DNA of 64,000 nt, taken from Deltaproteobacteria bacterium. Its GTDB lineage: Bacteria; UBA10199; JACPAL01; JACOUP01. Positions within the stretch are counted from its first letter, which is position 1; each line of letters opens with the position of its first letter. Where the stretch lies: NCBI GenBank assembly GCA_016177765.1, contig JACOUP010000003.1, forward strand, positions 95,384-159,383. Direction: 5' to 3'. Under the pieces are notes generated by a model that saw only the letters and a list, made by a program, of their open reading frames with translations, was not told where the DNA came from and made no database searches. The translations under genes and the position numbers were made by a program. Positions 26,513-36,226 of the stretch are shown here, in pieces.

Positions 26513-28918
26513 ATGTCTTACGACCCAAAGTCGATCGAGTCCAAGTGGCAGTCTTTCTGGGATAAAAACCGTTCTTTTAAGGTGACCGAAGACCGATCCA
26601 GGAAAAAATATTATTGCTTGGAGATGTTCCCGTACCCTTCGGGACGGATCCATATGGGGCATGTGCGCAACTACGCCATCGGGGATGCGGTCGCCCGATT
26701 CAAGCGGATGCAGGGGTTTAATGTCCTTCACCCGATGGGGTGGGACGCCTTCGGTCTGCCGGCGGAGAATGCGGCGATTGAGAACAAGAGTCATCCCAAA
26801 CAATGGACCGATGCGAACATGACTTACATGCGGGGGCAACTGAAGAAGATGGGGCTCTCCTACGATTGGGATCGGGAGCTCGCAACCTGTCACCCCAATT
26901 ATTACCGGTGGGAGCAGAAGATTTTTATCCAGATGGTGGAAAGAGGGCTCGCCTATCGAAAACAGTCGCAGGTTAACTGGTGTGACCAGTGTCAGACTGT
27001 TTTGGCCAATGAACAGGTGGAGAAAGGGGTCTGCTGGCGCTGTTCCTCCACCGTCAGGATGCGTCTCTTGGATCAGTGGTTCTTTAGGATCACCGCTTAT
27101 GCCGAAGAGTTGTTGGCGGACCTTGAAAAATTAAGAGAAGGCTTGCCTGAAACAGGCTGGCCGGAACGGGTCTTGACGATGCAAAAGGAATGGATCGGGA
27201 GGAGTGAAGGGGCGATGATAAAATTTAAGGTTGAGGGAGAGGGTTTTATTGAAGTCTTTACGACACGTCCCGACACACTTTTTGGGGCGACCTTTCTTTC
27301 CTTGGCGGCGGAACACCCGTTGACACTCAAGCTCTCTCACGAGACCCCTCATGAAAAAGAGGTCCGAGAGTTTGCCGAGAAGGCTTCAAAGATCGACAGG
27401 ACACAACGGATCGAAGGCTCTTATGAAAAGGAGGGGGTCTTTACCGGGGCCTACTGTATCAACCCGGCAACAGGCGAAAAGATCCCTGTCTACGCCGCCA
27501 ACTTTGTCCTGATGGAATACGGGACAGGGGCGGTGATGGCAGTCCCGGCCCATGACCAGAGGGATTTTGAGTTTGCAAAAAAATACAATTTGCCGATTAA
27601 GGTGGTGATTCAGGGTGGGGGTGAGGGGATAACTGAAGCCTATGAGGGGGAAGGAACCCTCGTCGACTCCGGCCCATTCACCGGTCTGCCGAGCGAGAAG
27701 GCCAAAAAAGAAATTATCCGGCATCTGGATCAAAAAAAATTAGGGAAGGAGAAGGTCACCTATAAACTCCGTGATTGGGGAATTTCGCGACAACGGTATT
27801 GGGGGACGCCGATCCCGATGATCCATTGTGATCAATGTGGGGTTGTCCCTGTCCCAGAAAAAGATCTCCCTGTCCGTTTGCCGACCGATGTTGCGTTAAC
27901 GGGGGAGGGAGGGTCCCCTCTTCTAAAGGTGAAAAAATTTATCGAGGCAAAATGCCCTCAATGCTCGAAAAAAGCGAGACGGGAAACCGATACCATGGAC
28001 ACCTTCGTAGAATCGTCCTGGTATTTCTTCCGGTACTGTTCCCCCCGTGACGAAAAGGCCCCTTTTAATAAGGAAGCGGTTTCTTATTGGATGCCGGTCG
28101 ATCAATACATCGGTGGGATCGAACATGCCGTGCTCCACCTCCTCTATGCCCGATTTTTTACCAAGGTTTTGAGGGACCTTGGTTATCAAGAGATCCCAGA
28201 ACCTTTCAAGAATCTTTTGACTCAAGGGATGGTGATCAAGGACGGCTCCAAGATGAGCAAGTCGAAGGGGAATGTGGTCGACCCGAACTACCTGATCGAA
28301 CGGTACGGGGCCGATACGGCGCGCCTCTTTTCGCTCTTTGCCGCGCCACCGGAGAAGGACCTCGATTGGAATGATCAGGGGGTTGAAGGGGCGTATCGGT
28401 TTCTCAAAAGAGTTTGGAAGCTTGTCGGCGAAGATTCAAAAGGGAGTGGGAGTGAGGAAGAGGACCGGCTCCGGCATAAGACGATTAAAAAAGTCACCGA
28501 CGACCTCAATCGTTTTCAGTTCAACACCGCGATCGCCGCCCTGATGGAGTTTTATAATTTTCTTTCAGCGAACCCAAAGGGGGCTTCTCAAGAATCCTTG
28601 GAGGCGATGGTCCTTCTTTTAAATCCCTTTTCGCCGCATATTGCGGAGGAACTTTGGCAGATGTTGGGGCATAAAGAATCGCTCGCCAATGCCGGTTGGC
28701 CCGGCTACGATGAAAAAAAGCTCTTAACCGATGAAGTCACAATTGTGGTTCAGGTGAATGGAAAACTCCGGGGTCAAATCGTTTGCACGCCAAACCTGTC
28801 GGAAAAACAGGTCCGGGAGCAGGTTTTGAAAGATGAAAAGATCCAAAAACATCTGCAAGGGGCCGCGGTCAAAAAAATGGTTTACGTCCCGGGGCGGCTT
28901 GTGAATCTGGTGATCTGA
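26513..28918 (+). CDS. leuS: Leucyl-tRNA synthetase LeuS
   Basis: 801 aa with [17 protein letters not shown] (HIGH region) and KMSKSKGN (KMSKS). Confidence 0.98.
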   Translation: MSYDPKSIESKWQSFWDKNRSFKVTEDRSRKKYYCLEMFPYPSGRIHMGHVRNYAIGDAVARFKRMQGFNVLHPMGWDAFGLPAENAAIENKSHPKQWTDANMTYMRGQLKKMGLSYDWDRELATCHPNYYRWEQKIFIQMVERGLAYRKQSQVNWCDQCQTVLANEQVEKGVCWRCSSTVRMRLLDQWFFRITAYAEELLADLEKLREGLPETGWPERVLTMQKEWIGRSEGAMIKFKVEGEGFIEVFTTRPDTLFGATFLSLAAEHPLTLKLSHETPHEKEVREFAEKASKIDRTQRIEGSYEKEGVFTGAYCINPATGEKIPVYAANFVLMEYGTGAVMAVPAHDQRDFEFAKKYNLPIKVVIQGGGEGITEAYEGEGTLVDSGPFTGLPSEKAKKEIIRHLDQKKLGKEKVTYKLRDWGISRQRYWGTPIPMIHCDQCGVVPVPEKDLPVRLPTDVALTGEGGSPLLKVKKFIEAKCPQCSKKARRETDTMDTFVESSWYFFRYCSPRDEKAPFNKEAVSYWMPVDQYIGGIEHAVLHLLYARFFTKVLRDLGYQEIPEPFKNLLTQGMVIKDGSKMSKSKGNVVDPNYLIERYGADTARLFSLFAAPPEKDLDWNDQGVEGAYRFLKRVWKLVGEDSKGSGSEEEDRLRHKTIKKVTDDLNRFQFNTAIAALMEFYNFLSANPKGASQESLEAMVLLLNPFSPHIAEELWQMLGHKESLANAGWPGYDEKKLLTDEVTIVVQVNGKLRGQIVCTPNLSEKQVREQVLKDEKIQKHLQGAAVKKMVYVPGRLVNLVI

Positions 28919-29842
28919 ATGATTCTATTTTTCCTAAGCGAATCGTCCCTGCTTCTTGAAAGGGCCTTTAAGAAACGAATGGGAGAGAAGTCCGTTTCTT
29001 CAGAGACTGTTGACGCCTTTGATGGCAAGGAAACCAAGACTGACGAGATTTTCAGGGCCGGTGAGACCGTTTCGCTTTTTGCCTCCAAGCGGCTCATTGT
29101 GATCCGCCATGCCGAGGAACTCAGAAAAGAGGAGATGGAGAAACTGCTCGCCTACCTCCCGAAGGCGAACCCCGCCACGGAATTCATTTTTTTGGCCGGG
29201 AAGATCGACAAGCGTCAAGGGTTTTGGCAGTCCCTGATGAAAATTTCCCGATTTGAGGAAATCAAGCCCCCCTTCCGCCGTGAAATCCCCTCCTGGGTAA
29301 TGGCGGAAGGGAAAAGATTCGGCCTGGACCTTTCCTTCGATACGGCTGTTTCTCTGGTAGGGCTTGTGGGGGAGGATCTTGGGGTTCTCTCCCTTTCCCT
29401 GGAGAGGCTCTCCCTTTCTTTTCCTGAGAAAAAGAAGATCAGCCAGGAGGAGCTTGAGGTCCTGGCCGACATCTCTTCAAAAACGGTTTTTGACTTAACC
29501 GATGCCTTGGGGCAGAAAGAGGTCGGGCGGTGTCTCAAACTCCTAAAAAAAGGGCTCGCGGCCCGTGAAAATTTTCCGCTCCTGGTCTCCATGATCTATC
29601 GACACTTCAAGATTTTGCTCAACCTTCAGGAGTTGAAGGGGAAGGAATCCGGCGAAATCGGGAAAATTTTGGGGATCCCTCCCTATTTTGTTAAAAACTA
29701 TCAGGATCAGTCAGAACGGTTCTCAAAGGAGAGGTGTCGAATGGTGCTGGATCTTCTTTTTCAAACCGACCGGTTGTTCAAGACCTCATCCCTTCCGGCG
29801 GAGATCCTGGCGCAGAACTTTATCAAGGGAGTGGTACTTTGA
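28919..29842 (+). CDS. holA: DNA polymerase III delta subunit HolA
   Basis: LFASKRLIVIRHAEEL, EFIFLAGKIDKRQ, VFDLTDALGQKE fit the HolA pattern. The ATG directly follows the leuS TGA. Confidence 0.75.
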   Translation: MILFFLSESSLLLERAFKKRMGEKSVSSETVDAFDGKETKTDEIFRAGETVSLFASKRLIVIRHAEELRKEEMEKLLAYLPKANPATEFIFLAGKIDKRQGFWQSLMKISRFEEIKPPFRREIPSWVMAEGKRFGLDLSFDTAVSLVGLVGEDLGVLSLSLERLSLSFPEKKKISQEELEVLADISSKTVFDLTDALGQKEVGRCLKLLKKGLAARENFPLLVSMIYRHFKILLNLQELKGKESGEIGKILGIPPYFVKNYQDQSERFSKERCRMVLDLLFQTDRLFKTSSLPAEILAQNFIKGVVL

Positions 29843-29847
29843 TTTTG

Positions 29848-30153
29848 TTACAAACTGGCGATGGTTTGCGAGAGACGGGCGACACGGCGGGAGGCGTTGC
29901 GTGAATGGATAACCCCCCTGGAGGCGGCCTTGTAAAGGACCGAGGTCACATTCCGGAGTTGTTCCAGGGCCGCTTTCTTATCCTTTTTTTGGATCGCCTG
30001 GCGGACTTTTTTAACGGACGTCTTGATGAAGGAACTCACCGCGAGATTTCGCACCGCCCGTTTGACATCTTGGCGCTGGCGTTTAATCTGGGAGAGGTGT
30101 CTCCCCTTCGGGACGTTCCGTTTTTTGGCAGTGCCTTGGGCCGCTTCAGCCAT
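29848..30153 (-). CDS. rpsT: 30S ribosomal protein S20
   Basis: 101 aa, highly basic, with AKKR...QIKRQRQD...KAASRGVIHSRNASRR, typical of S20. Confidence 0.92.
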   Translation of the reverse strand: MAEAAQGTAKKRNVPKGRHLSQIKRQRQDVKRAVRNLAVSSFIKTSVKKVRQAIQKKDKKAALEQLRNVTSVLYKAASRGVIHSRNASRRVARLSQTIASL

Positions 30154-30211
30154 AGTGGCGGCGGAGTATAGTGAAGAAAGGTTTTATGTCAATGGAAAAG
30201 GAGGGCTGATC

Positions 30212-30721
30212 ATGGAAAGAATGCTTAGGGTTCTTAATGATCTAGAACAGGAAGGCATTATTAAAGGCCATGCCTTAGGGGGAGCAATGGCCCTCTTATT
30301 TTACTCCGAGCCCACGTTAACTGATGATGTAGATATATTCGCCTATTTGCCAACGAAAGGACATTTTATTGATTTACCGCGTGTCTACGAAGCCCTCCAA
30401 AAAAAAGGATATACACTAAAAGGCGAACACTTTATAATTGAAGGGCTTCGCGTCCAATTTCTTCCAGCAGATGGTAAGGCCCTTTGGGAAGAAGGAGTCA
30501 AGGAGGCAACAGCAAGAGACTTCCAGGGGACTCAAATTAGGGTTATAAGCATTGAACATCTTGTAGCTATTATGCTAGATACTAATCGTCCAAAAGACAG
30601 GGCGAGAATAGGGCAGTTGTTGGAGGCGGAAGTGGAATTTGATCAAAAGAAGCTTCTCGCAATTTTGACTAAGTACAAACTTAAAGAAAGGTGGGAGAAA
30701 ATAATTGGCGAGGAAGAATAA
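30212..30721 (+). CDS. Minimal nucleotidyltransferase-fold protein (169 aa), first gene of an AT-richer 3-gene islet
   Basis: ATG 30212 preceded by AAAGGAGGG. HALGGAMALLFYSEPTLTDDVDIF fits the hG[GS]-x9-13-D-x-D minimal NTase signature (DUF2204/AbiEii-like). Confidence 0.55.
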   Translation: MERMLRVLNDLEQEGIIKGHALGGAMALLFYSEPTLTDDVDIFAYLPTKGHFIDLPRVYEALQKKGYTLKGEHFIIEGLRVQFLPADGKALWEEGVKEATARDFQGTQIRVISIEHLVAIMLDTNRPKDRARIGQLLEAEVEFDQKKLLAILTKYKLKERWEKIIGEEE

Positions 30722-31037
30722 ACGGATTGAGAAGATTTTTAAGGCTAAAAAAGAATGTCGTAAAGAACTAGCCCGTCTTCCGATCGAAGAGAAATTCAGG
30801 ATACTTCTCCAGTTGCAGAAAATCGCCAGCTCTATTTTGCAATCTCGCGGTGTGGAGAAGAAGCCTTGGGATATGGCAAATGATGTGGTAGGTAGGGTCT
30901 TTCAAGTTCAAATTAGAGACCCGAAGGTAGTTGACTCTCAACGTATGACGCCAGTTGACATGCGGGTTCCTGACAAAGGTTGGGTCCGATATTCTCGATT
31001 GGATCAGGTTTTTCCTCAGTGGAGAGGGCTTAAATGA
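30705..31037 (+). CDS. Hypothetical protein (110 aa)
   Basis: TTG start with GGTGGGAG 7 nt upstream. Overlaps the upstream gene by 17 nt and the downstream gene by 4 nt (ATGA). The N-terminal half is basic and helical (KKECRKELARLPIEEKFRILLQLQKIA). Confidence 0.5.
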   Translation: MARKNKRIEKIFKAKKECRKELARLPIEEKFRILLQLQKIASSILQSRGVEKKPWDMANDVVGRVFQVQIRDPKVVDSQRMTPVDMRVPDKGWVRYSRLDQVFPQWRGLK

Positions 31038-31468
31038 TTAATCACGTTTGGACCGTTGTCTGCGAAAAAAGCATTATAGATAGAGAAACCAATAATATTT
31101 CATTGGATGCCCTTGAACAGTTGAACATTAAAATTCCACCTTCTCCTGAAGAAGTAAAGGGGGTGATCTATCCAGGAAAAATAGAGATAGTAAGTCTTTG
31201 GTACCGTGATCAAGGAGAAAAGGGGATAAGGGGCAAAGGTCAGTTAAAAATAGAAGCACCAAATAGCAATGTTGTTGGTACCGCCAATATAGATATTAAC
31301 CTGACGGAGAGTCACCGATGCAGGACGTTGGTTCGATTAGAAGGACTTCCCATACCTAAAAGTGCCTCTGGTCTTTTCTGTTTTATGGTGTCACTGGAAT
31401 CAGATAACAAGTGGATTGAAGTTGCGCGTGTACCTCTAGAAGTTGATGTAAAACTTATTGCTTCTTAG
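31034..31468 (+). CDS. Hypothetical protein (144 aa, predicted all-beta)
   Basis: ATG 31034 preceded by GGAGAGGG. Translationally coupled to the upstream gene. No motif recognised. Confidence 0.55.
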   Translation: MINHVWTVVCEKSIIDRETNNISLDALEQLNIKIPPSPEEVKGVIYPGKIEIVSLWYRDQGEKGIRGKGQLKIEAPNSNVVGTANIDINLTESHRCRTLVRLEGLPIPKSASGLFCFMVSLESDNKWIEVARVPLEVDVKLIAS

Positions 31469-31503
31469 GTAGGTCTGTATCACTAATCCACTATCGGAAA
31501 ATT

Positions 31504-33060
31504 ATGTCTGAAAACCGTTTGGTGGCTAGAAGGACAGGGACGGTCGGCTTTTTCACCCTCATTTCCCGTATCTTTGGACTCCTCCGGGACATGGCCATTG
31601 CCAATGTCTTTGGGACAAAATTGGCGGCAGACGCCTTTTTTGTCGCCTTCCGGATCCCGAACCTCTTTCGGCGGCTCTTTGCGGAAGGGGCGATGACCGT
31701 TTCCTTTGTCCCGATCTTTACGGAGTCTCTCAAAAAATCCAGGGAGGAGGCTCGTGAGACGGTCAACACCCTCTTCAGTCTGGCCGTTGTTGTCCTTTCC
31801 CTTGTTTCGATCCTGGGGATCCTATTTTCACCATGGATTGTGAAGCTGATCGCCTATGGTTTTGTCAGCGATCCGGAGAAATTCAATCTGACGGTTTATC
31901 TGAACCGGATCATGTTTCCTTATTTGGTGGTTGTCTCCCTCGCGGCGGTTGGGATGGGGATTTTAAATTCCCTCAAACATTTTGCCGCTCCCGCGGCAGG
32001 ACCGGTGCTGATGAATTTGGGGATTATTGCCGGGGCTCTCTTCTTTGTCCGGTGGTTCGACCCTCCCGTGGTGGGGCTTGCCATTGGCGTTCTTCTGGGG
32101 GGACTCCTGCAGGTAGCAATTCAGATTCCCGCCCTACGTCGCCATCAGTTTTTCCCCAAGTGGCACTGGAACCTCAAACACCCTTCCGTGAACAAGATGG
32201 CGCGGCTGATGCTCCCTTCGGCCTACGGGGCGGCCGCCTATCAGTTTAATGTGGTGATCATCACACTGCTCGCCTCTTTTCTTCCGTCCGGATCTGTCTC
32301 CTACCTTTGGTATGCCGACCGGGTGATGGAGTTTCCGGTCGGTGTCTTCGGGATCGCGATGGCCACAGCGATCCTCCCAACCCTTTCCGACTACGCCGCT
32401 GAAAAGCAAATGGGAAAATTGAAAGAGACCTTCAACTACGGCCTCCGCCTCATCTTTTTTATTACGATCCCGGCGACCTTTGGATTGTTTATTTTGTCAC
32501 ACCCGATTGTCAAAATTCTCTTTGAGCATGGTCGTTTCACCGCAGAATCGAGCCATCATACGGTGACGGCGCTCCAACTCTTTGCCCTTGGTCTTCCTTT
32601 CATTGCCGGGGTCAGAATGACCTCCAACGCCTTTTATTCCCTTCAGGATGCCCGGACTCCGGTGCGAATTGCGAACTGGGCGGTGGTGGTGAATATTATT
32701 CTTTCACTTTTATTTCTGAAACCATGGGCCCACAACGGGCTCGCCCTGGCCTTGAGCCTTTCGGCCCTTTTTAATTTTGGGATGCAACTCTACGAGTTCC
32801 GGAAAAAGGTGGGTCTGCTGGGACTAAAGAGTGTGGTCGGATCGCTCATCAAACAACTAGTGGCCTCAGTGGTGATGGCCGTTTTTCTCTGGGTTATTCT
32901 TCATTACTATCCGCCCGCATTGTCTCTCTGGAAGAGCAGTCTCTACCTCTTTTCTCTGATCATCGCCGGCATCGCCCTCTTCCTCGTTTCTTCCTGGCTC
33001 TTGAGGGCCAAGGAGTTGGGAGAGCTGATCCAGGTTTTTACCCACAAAGCCCATCCCTAA
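31504..33060 (+). CDS. murJ: Lipid II flippase MurJ (MviN)
   Basis: 518 aa, about 14 TM, with SRIFGLLRDMAIANVFG and FFVAFRIPNLFRRLFAEGA, the conserved MurJ N-terminal motifs. Confidence 0.93.
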   Translation: MSENRLVARRTGTVGFFTLISRIFGLLRDMAIANVFGTKLAADAFFVAFRIPNLFRRLFAEGAMTVSFVPIFTESLKKSREEARETVNTLFSLAVVVLSLVSILGILFSPWIVKLIAYGFVSDPEKFNLTVYLNRIMFPYLVVVSLAAVGMGILNSLKHFAAPAAGPVLMNLGIIAGALFFVRWFDPPVVGLAIGVLLGGLLQVAIQIPALRRHQFFPKWHWNLKHPSVNKMARLMLPSAYGAAAYQFNVVIITLLASFLPSGSVSYLWYADRVMEFPVGVFGIAMATAILPTLSDYAAEKQMGKLKETFNYGLRLIFFITIPATFGLFILSHPIVKILFEHGRFTAESSHHTVTALQLFALGLPFIAGVRMTSNAFYSLQDARTPVRIANWAVVVNIILSLLFLKPWAHNGLALALSLSALFNFGMQLYEFRKKVGLLGLKSVVGSLIKQLVASVVMAVFLWVILHYYPPALSLWKSSLYLFSLIIAGIALFLVSSWLLRAKELGELIQVFTHKAHP

Positions 33061-33078
33061 AGAGTGTTCTCAATTTAA

Positions 33079-33111
33079 TTCTCATTTTGAGAAATTTTCT
33101 CATTTTGAGAG
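33079..33111. promoter_or_regulatory. Two tandem palindromes TTCTCA-TTT-TGAGAA / TTCTCA-TTT-TGAGAg (18-nt phasing) plus a half-site at 33067-33072; candidate enhancer (UAS)
   Basis: Read directly. Centres lie ~147 and ~129 bp upstream of the -24 GG at 33233. Confidence 0.5.
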
Positions 33112-33199
33112 GGATTTTGGGTTCGACTGTCGCTTCAGCCGGAGGCTGATCCGTCCTTTGGCGGACACCATGTCCCTTTATTTTCAATAAGTTATAAGT

Positions 33200-33210
33200 G
33201 TACCCGGTAC
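33200..33210. repeat. GTACCCGGTAC, the 11-bp palindromic half-unit of the 38-nt palindrome
   Basis: Same 11-mer as 4146-4156 and 25598-25608. Located 22 nt upstream of the sigma-54 -24 element. Followed by TGATCC-gaa-GGATCA (33213-33227). Confidence 0.6.
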
Positions 33211-33231
33211 GGATGATCCGAAGGATCAGAT

Positions 33232-33247
33232 TGGCACCCCCCTTGCA
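33232..33247 (+). promoter_or_regulatory. Sigma-54-type promoter TGGCAC-CCCCC-TTGCA
   Basis: Perfect match to both conserved blocks with correct spacing. It is intergenic and immediately upstream of the 963-aa secreted protein gene. Caveat: the predicted TSS (~33258) leaves only 3-4 nt before ATG 33262. Confidence 0.55.
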
Positions 33248-33261
33248 TGATAATGGAGGTG

Positions 33262-36153
33262 ATGAAGCGATTTCTCCTCAGATCCCCCCTCCTTATTATA
33301 CTGGGCCTCGTGCCCCTTTATGGGGGGAGCGCCTTTTCACAGATGATCTCACCGGGGGCGAGGGTTAATTCTTCCTCTTCGTCGGCAACAAGAGTTGGTT
33401 CCTCCGGGATGAGGATCAATCAGGCGGCGCCACCGGTGGCAACGTCCAATTCCCGACCGTCGGTTACTGTCAGTGGTGCTACCACCGCCAGTGGGGCTAC
33501 CACCTTGAAGCTCTTGGGCAACACCAACAGAACCAACACCGATAAAGTCCAGAGTTCACAGGGTGAGATAAGGATTAATACGGTGACCTCGTCAACTCCC
33601 GCAACAGGCATGACCATTCGGGATATCCCCGCGGCCAATATTGTTACCACCACGCCTCCTCCCACACCCTCGGCGATAGTGATTCCCGGCGGGGCGACGA
33701 TGGCGGCACCGGGTTCTGTTTTGGTTCCTCCCACGGTCACGATTCCGGCCGGCGGGGGTGCCACAACGGTTATAATCCCCCCATCGGTGACATCAACAAT
33801 CCAGAATATCCCCGCGGCAAATATTGTGACCACCGCACCTCCCGCATCCGGAGTGGCGGCCGGTGCCATCAACGTCAATGGATCAATCGTAGACCGGATT
33901 ACCGAGGGTGTGGGCAACATCTTTAATACGGTGGTTGACACCGTTGCCGATTTCCTGACCTCCGGCGACAACCGGATTTCCGACATCGTGACCACAGTCA
34001 ATACGGGTGGAACAACGACCACTCCTCCCCCCGCTTCAACCGGAGGGGCTATCTACGAAGGGGGAGGCAGAAATTTTCTGATCGAGACGGGCGGGACGAC
34101 GATGGCCGGTGGTACAGGGGGAGGGACGACAACGACAGGGGGCGGCTCCGGGGGTGTTTCCACAACCACTCCCCCACCGGTATGTACCGGGAGCCCGGGC
34201 GACCCTCCGGCGTGCCATGCTCAAGGGGCCGATTCCCAGCCAACCTCACAACCGACCTGTGATACCGCCTATCCGGAGACCTGTGCCCCCGCCAGTCAAC
34301 CGACCTCTATGCCGGTCGGTTCCTTCTGCGTTGGCGGCGCTCCGCCTGTTTTTCAGGAAACCTTGGTGACTTCGGGGCAGGGGATCGATCAAGTGGCGGT
34401 TCACGAAGGGGTTTGGGTGGATGGGATCCCTTCACAGGGTTCAATTTCGTGGTTTAGGATCAATCCGGAAGGACTGTTCCAGGCCTACCGGGGCATGACC
34501 GCCACGAGCGGGCCTGTCGGTTCCACGCAAACGGAGGCGGATATCCATCTTTTCACCCTCGGGGATTTTTTACAAAACGATCCGGAGATCGACCTTCTGA
34601 CGATGACCCCGTATTATTTGTTCAGCGCCTTTTCACCGGAGTACAATTTTTCCCCGCAGAATTTTCCATCCGTGACCAGTCATCCTGCTTTTATGACCGG
34701 TTTGGAGATAGGGGACGCGGGAGAGAGTGAATATGCGGCGGCCTGGGAATCCGGGACTGTCTTAGTCGGCAGGGTGCCTCACCCTGGGGGGTCTGAACAA
34801 CCAAAGACGATGACCCTTCTGTCCCAGAATAACGACAAGATTTACGATTTTGCAAAAATGTCGGTTTCAGGGGCCGGAGGGGATTTCCTCATAACCCTCA
34901 CAAGGAATCTGCAAAATCAGAAGGTACAACTCATTTATGTTGGCACAGGCCCTCATTTTTTTCAGGGTGAGCCGGTTTCCCGCTTTTTGGAGATCGATAC
35001 CGTTGGCACCCCTCGGCGGATGGCTGTTACGGGGAGCCGGGTTGTGGTTGTGACCAATGACAATACCACCCGGAAGAGTTATCTCTACACGGTCCCGATC
35101 AGTTATTCCCCCGCAGAGGATCGCCTTTTGAAAGGGGAGGTCAGCTCTCTGGAGATCCCCGGCGGTGTCGGTTTTGTAGCGGTGGCGGACTTGAACCGGG
35201 ACGGGCGGGACGATCTGGTTTTGTACGTCGTGGATCCGACCACTTCGGCTTCGAACAGCACAGGGTCGATCCAGATCTTTTATCCGGATTCAAGCGGTGT
35301 GTTCCGATCGGATCAGGTTCTTTCCCATCCTGTTCCCGCCGGCAAGATTGTGCGGGATCTGGATGCAGGGCCGGTCGGTTCCGGGATCGGCATCGGTTAT
35401 CTGACAGGTGGGGCAACGGCCGTTGCTTCCCGGTTTAGCGGCAGTGGAGGAGATTACCGGGTTGAGTCGACCGATACGGTCGCTGTGCCGCCAACCCTTG
35501 AGGTCTCTTTCCTGCAGGTTTCCTGTCCAGGTGGTTCAGCAGGCGGAACGGTGCCAGGTCCTTATGGCGAGACAACCCTCCCGCCACCCCCTCCAGCCTC
35601 TGTATTGCCACCTCCTCTGAAGGATCAGGTCATTACCCTGGAACCGATCAAAAAAAGCTGTATCCAGGGGGAAGAGGTCACCATCGCTATTCCGGTCGAT
35701 AAGGTCGACAATCCTGAGCTCAAGGCGCTGGCAATCAAGAAGGATGCCGTTATCGATTCCACACTCACCCAGATGAGCGGCCCTTATCTGGGAGAGATTG
35801 ACAGGACACGCGAGTGGAAACTCGAGGCGGTTCCCCAGGAGGGAAGGGTTCTGGCGGCCAAGGTTCGAAGCCAGGATTTCAAATCAGCCCTCTCCGCCTT
35901 CGGGACGATGGGAGAAGATGGGGCCCTGGTTGTCAAAACCAAGTCTTCCGAGGTGACCCCCTCCGATCCCTTTGAGGTGAAGATCACCTGTGGTCTTGTG
36001 CCGATGAATGCCAAAGAACCCACTTATGTCGCTGATCTTGTCTATACGGCCAAATTGCCGGACGGGACAAGCCTCATCCAGCCGATTCAACTGGACGCCG
36101 AATTGATGAAACTGGGGGGCGGCGGCGGCTGTAGCCTTATTCCAGAACAGTAA
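33262..36153 (+). CDS. Large secreted protein (963 aa): signal peptide, Thr/Gly/Pro-rich low-complexity region, Cys-rich linker, FG-GAP/VCBS-like segment
   Basis: Start moved to ATG 33262 (GGAGGTG upstream), giving MKRFLLRSPLLIILGLVPLYGGSAFSQ. Repeated IPAANIVTT(T/A)PPP. ADLNRDGRDDLVLYV is FG-GAP-like. C-terminus is ...LGGGGGCSLIPEQ*. Confidence 0.75.
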   Translation: MKRFLLRSPLLIILGLVPLYGGSAFSQMISPGARVNSSSSSATRVGSSGMRINQAAPPVATSNSRPSVTVSGATTASGATTLKLLGNTNRTNTDKVQSSQGEIRINTVTSSTPATGMTIRDIPAANIVTTTPPPTPSAIVIPGGATMAAPGSVLVPPTVTIPAGGGATTVIIPPSVTSTIQNIPAANIVTTAPPASGVAAGAINVNGSIVDRITEGVGNIFNTVVDTVADFLTSGDNRISDIVTTVNTGGTTTTPPPASTGGAIYEGGGRNFLIETGGTTMAGGTGGGTTTTGGGSGGVSTTTPPPVCTGSPGDPPACHAQGADSQPTSQPTCDTAYPETCAPASQPTSMPVGSFCVGGAPPVFQETLVTSGQGIDQVAVHEGVWVDGIPSQGSISWFRINPEGLFQAYRGMTATSGPVGSTQTEADIHLFTLGDFLQNDPEIDLLTMTPYYLFSAFSPEYNFSPQNFPSVTSHPAFMTGLEIGDAGESEYAAAWESGTVLVGRVPHPGGSEQPKTMTLLSQNNDKIYDFAKMSVSGAGGDFLITLTRNLQNQKVQLIYVGTGPHFFQGEPVSRFLEIDTVGTPRRMAVTGSRVVVVTNDNTTRKSYLYTVPISYSPAEDRLLKGEVSSLEIPGGVGFVAVADLNRDGRDDLVLYVVDPTTSASNSTGSIQIFYPDSSGVFRSDQVLSHPVPAGKIVRDLDAGPVGSGIGIGYLTGGATAVASRFSGSGGDYRVESTDTVAVPPTLEVSFLQVSCPGGSAGGTVPGPYGETTLPPPPPASVLPPPLKDQVITLEPIKKSCIQGEEVTIAIPVDKVDNPELKALAIKKDAVIDSTLTQMSGPYLGEIDRTREWKLEAVPQEGRVLAAKVRSQDFKSALSAFGTMGEDGALVVKTKSSEVTPSDPFEVKITCGLVPMNAKEPTYVADLVYTAKLPDGTSLIQPIQLDAELMKLGGGGGCSLIPEQ

Positions 36154-36226
36154 ACAATTCACCGCTTGACAGTGTTCGCCAAAAAGGTAGGGTTTCGGCT
36201 CCTTTCCCAAATGATCATTTCTTGCT

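Noticed and set aside
26466-26513. TTGAAA ... TACAAT as a leuS promoter.
   Set aside because: The TACAAT hexamer overlaps the leuS ATG itself (TACAATG), so it cannot serve as the -10 for that start.
33420-34230. Possibility that the Thr/Gly/Pro-rich first third of the 963-aa ORF is non-coding, given the long antisense ORF at 33420-34022.
   Set aside because: The frame stays open for 2.9 kb, begins with a good signal peptide and contains repeated peptide units (IPAANIVTT). Low-complexity linkers are common in surface proteins.
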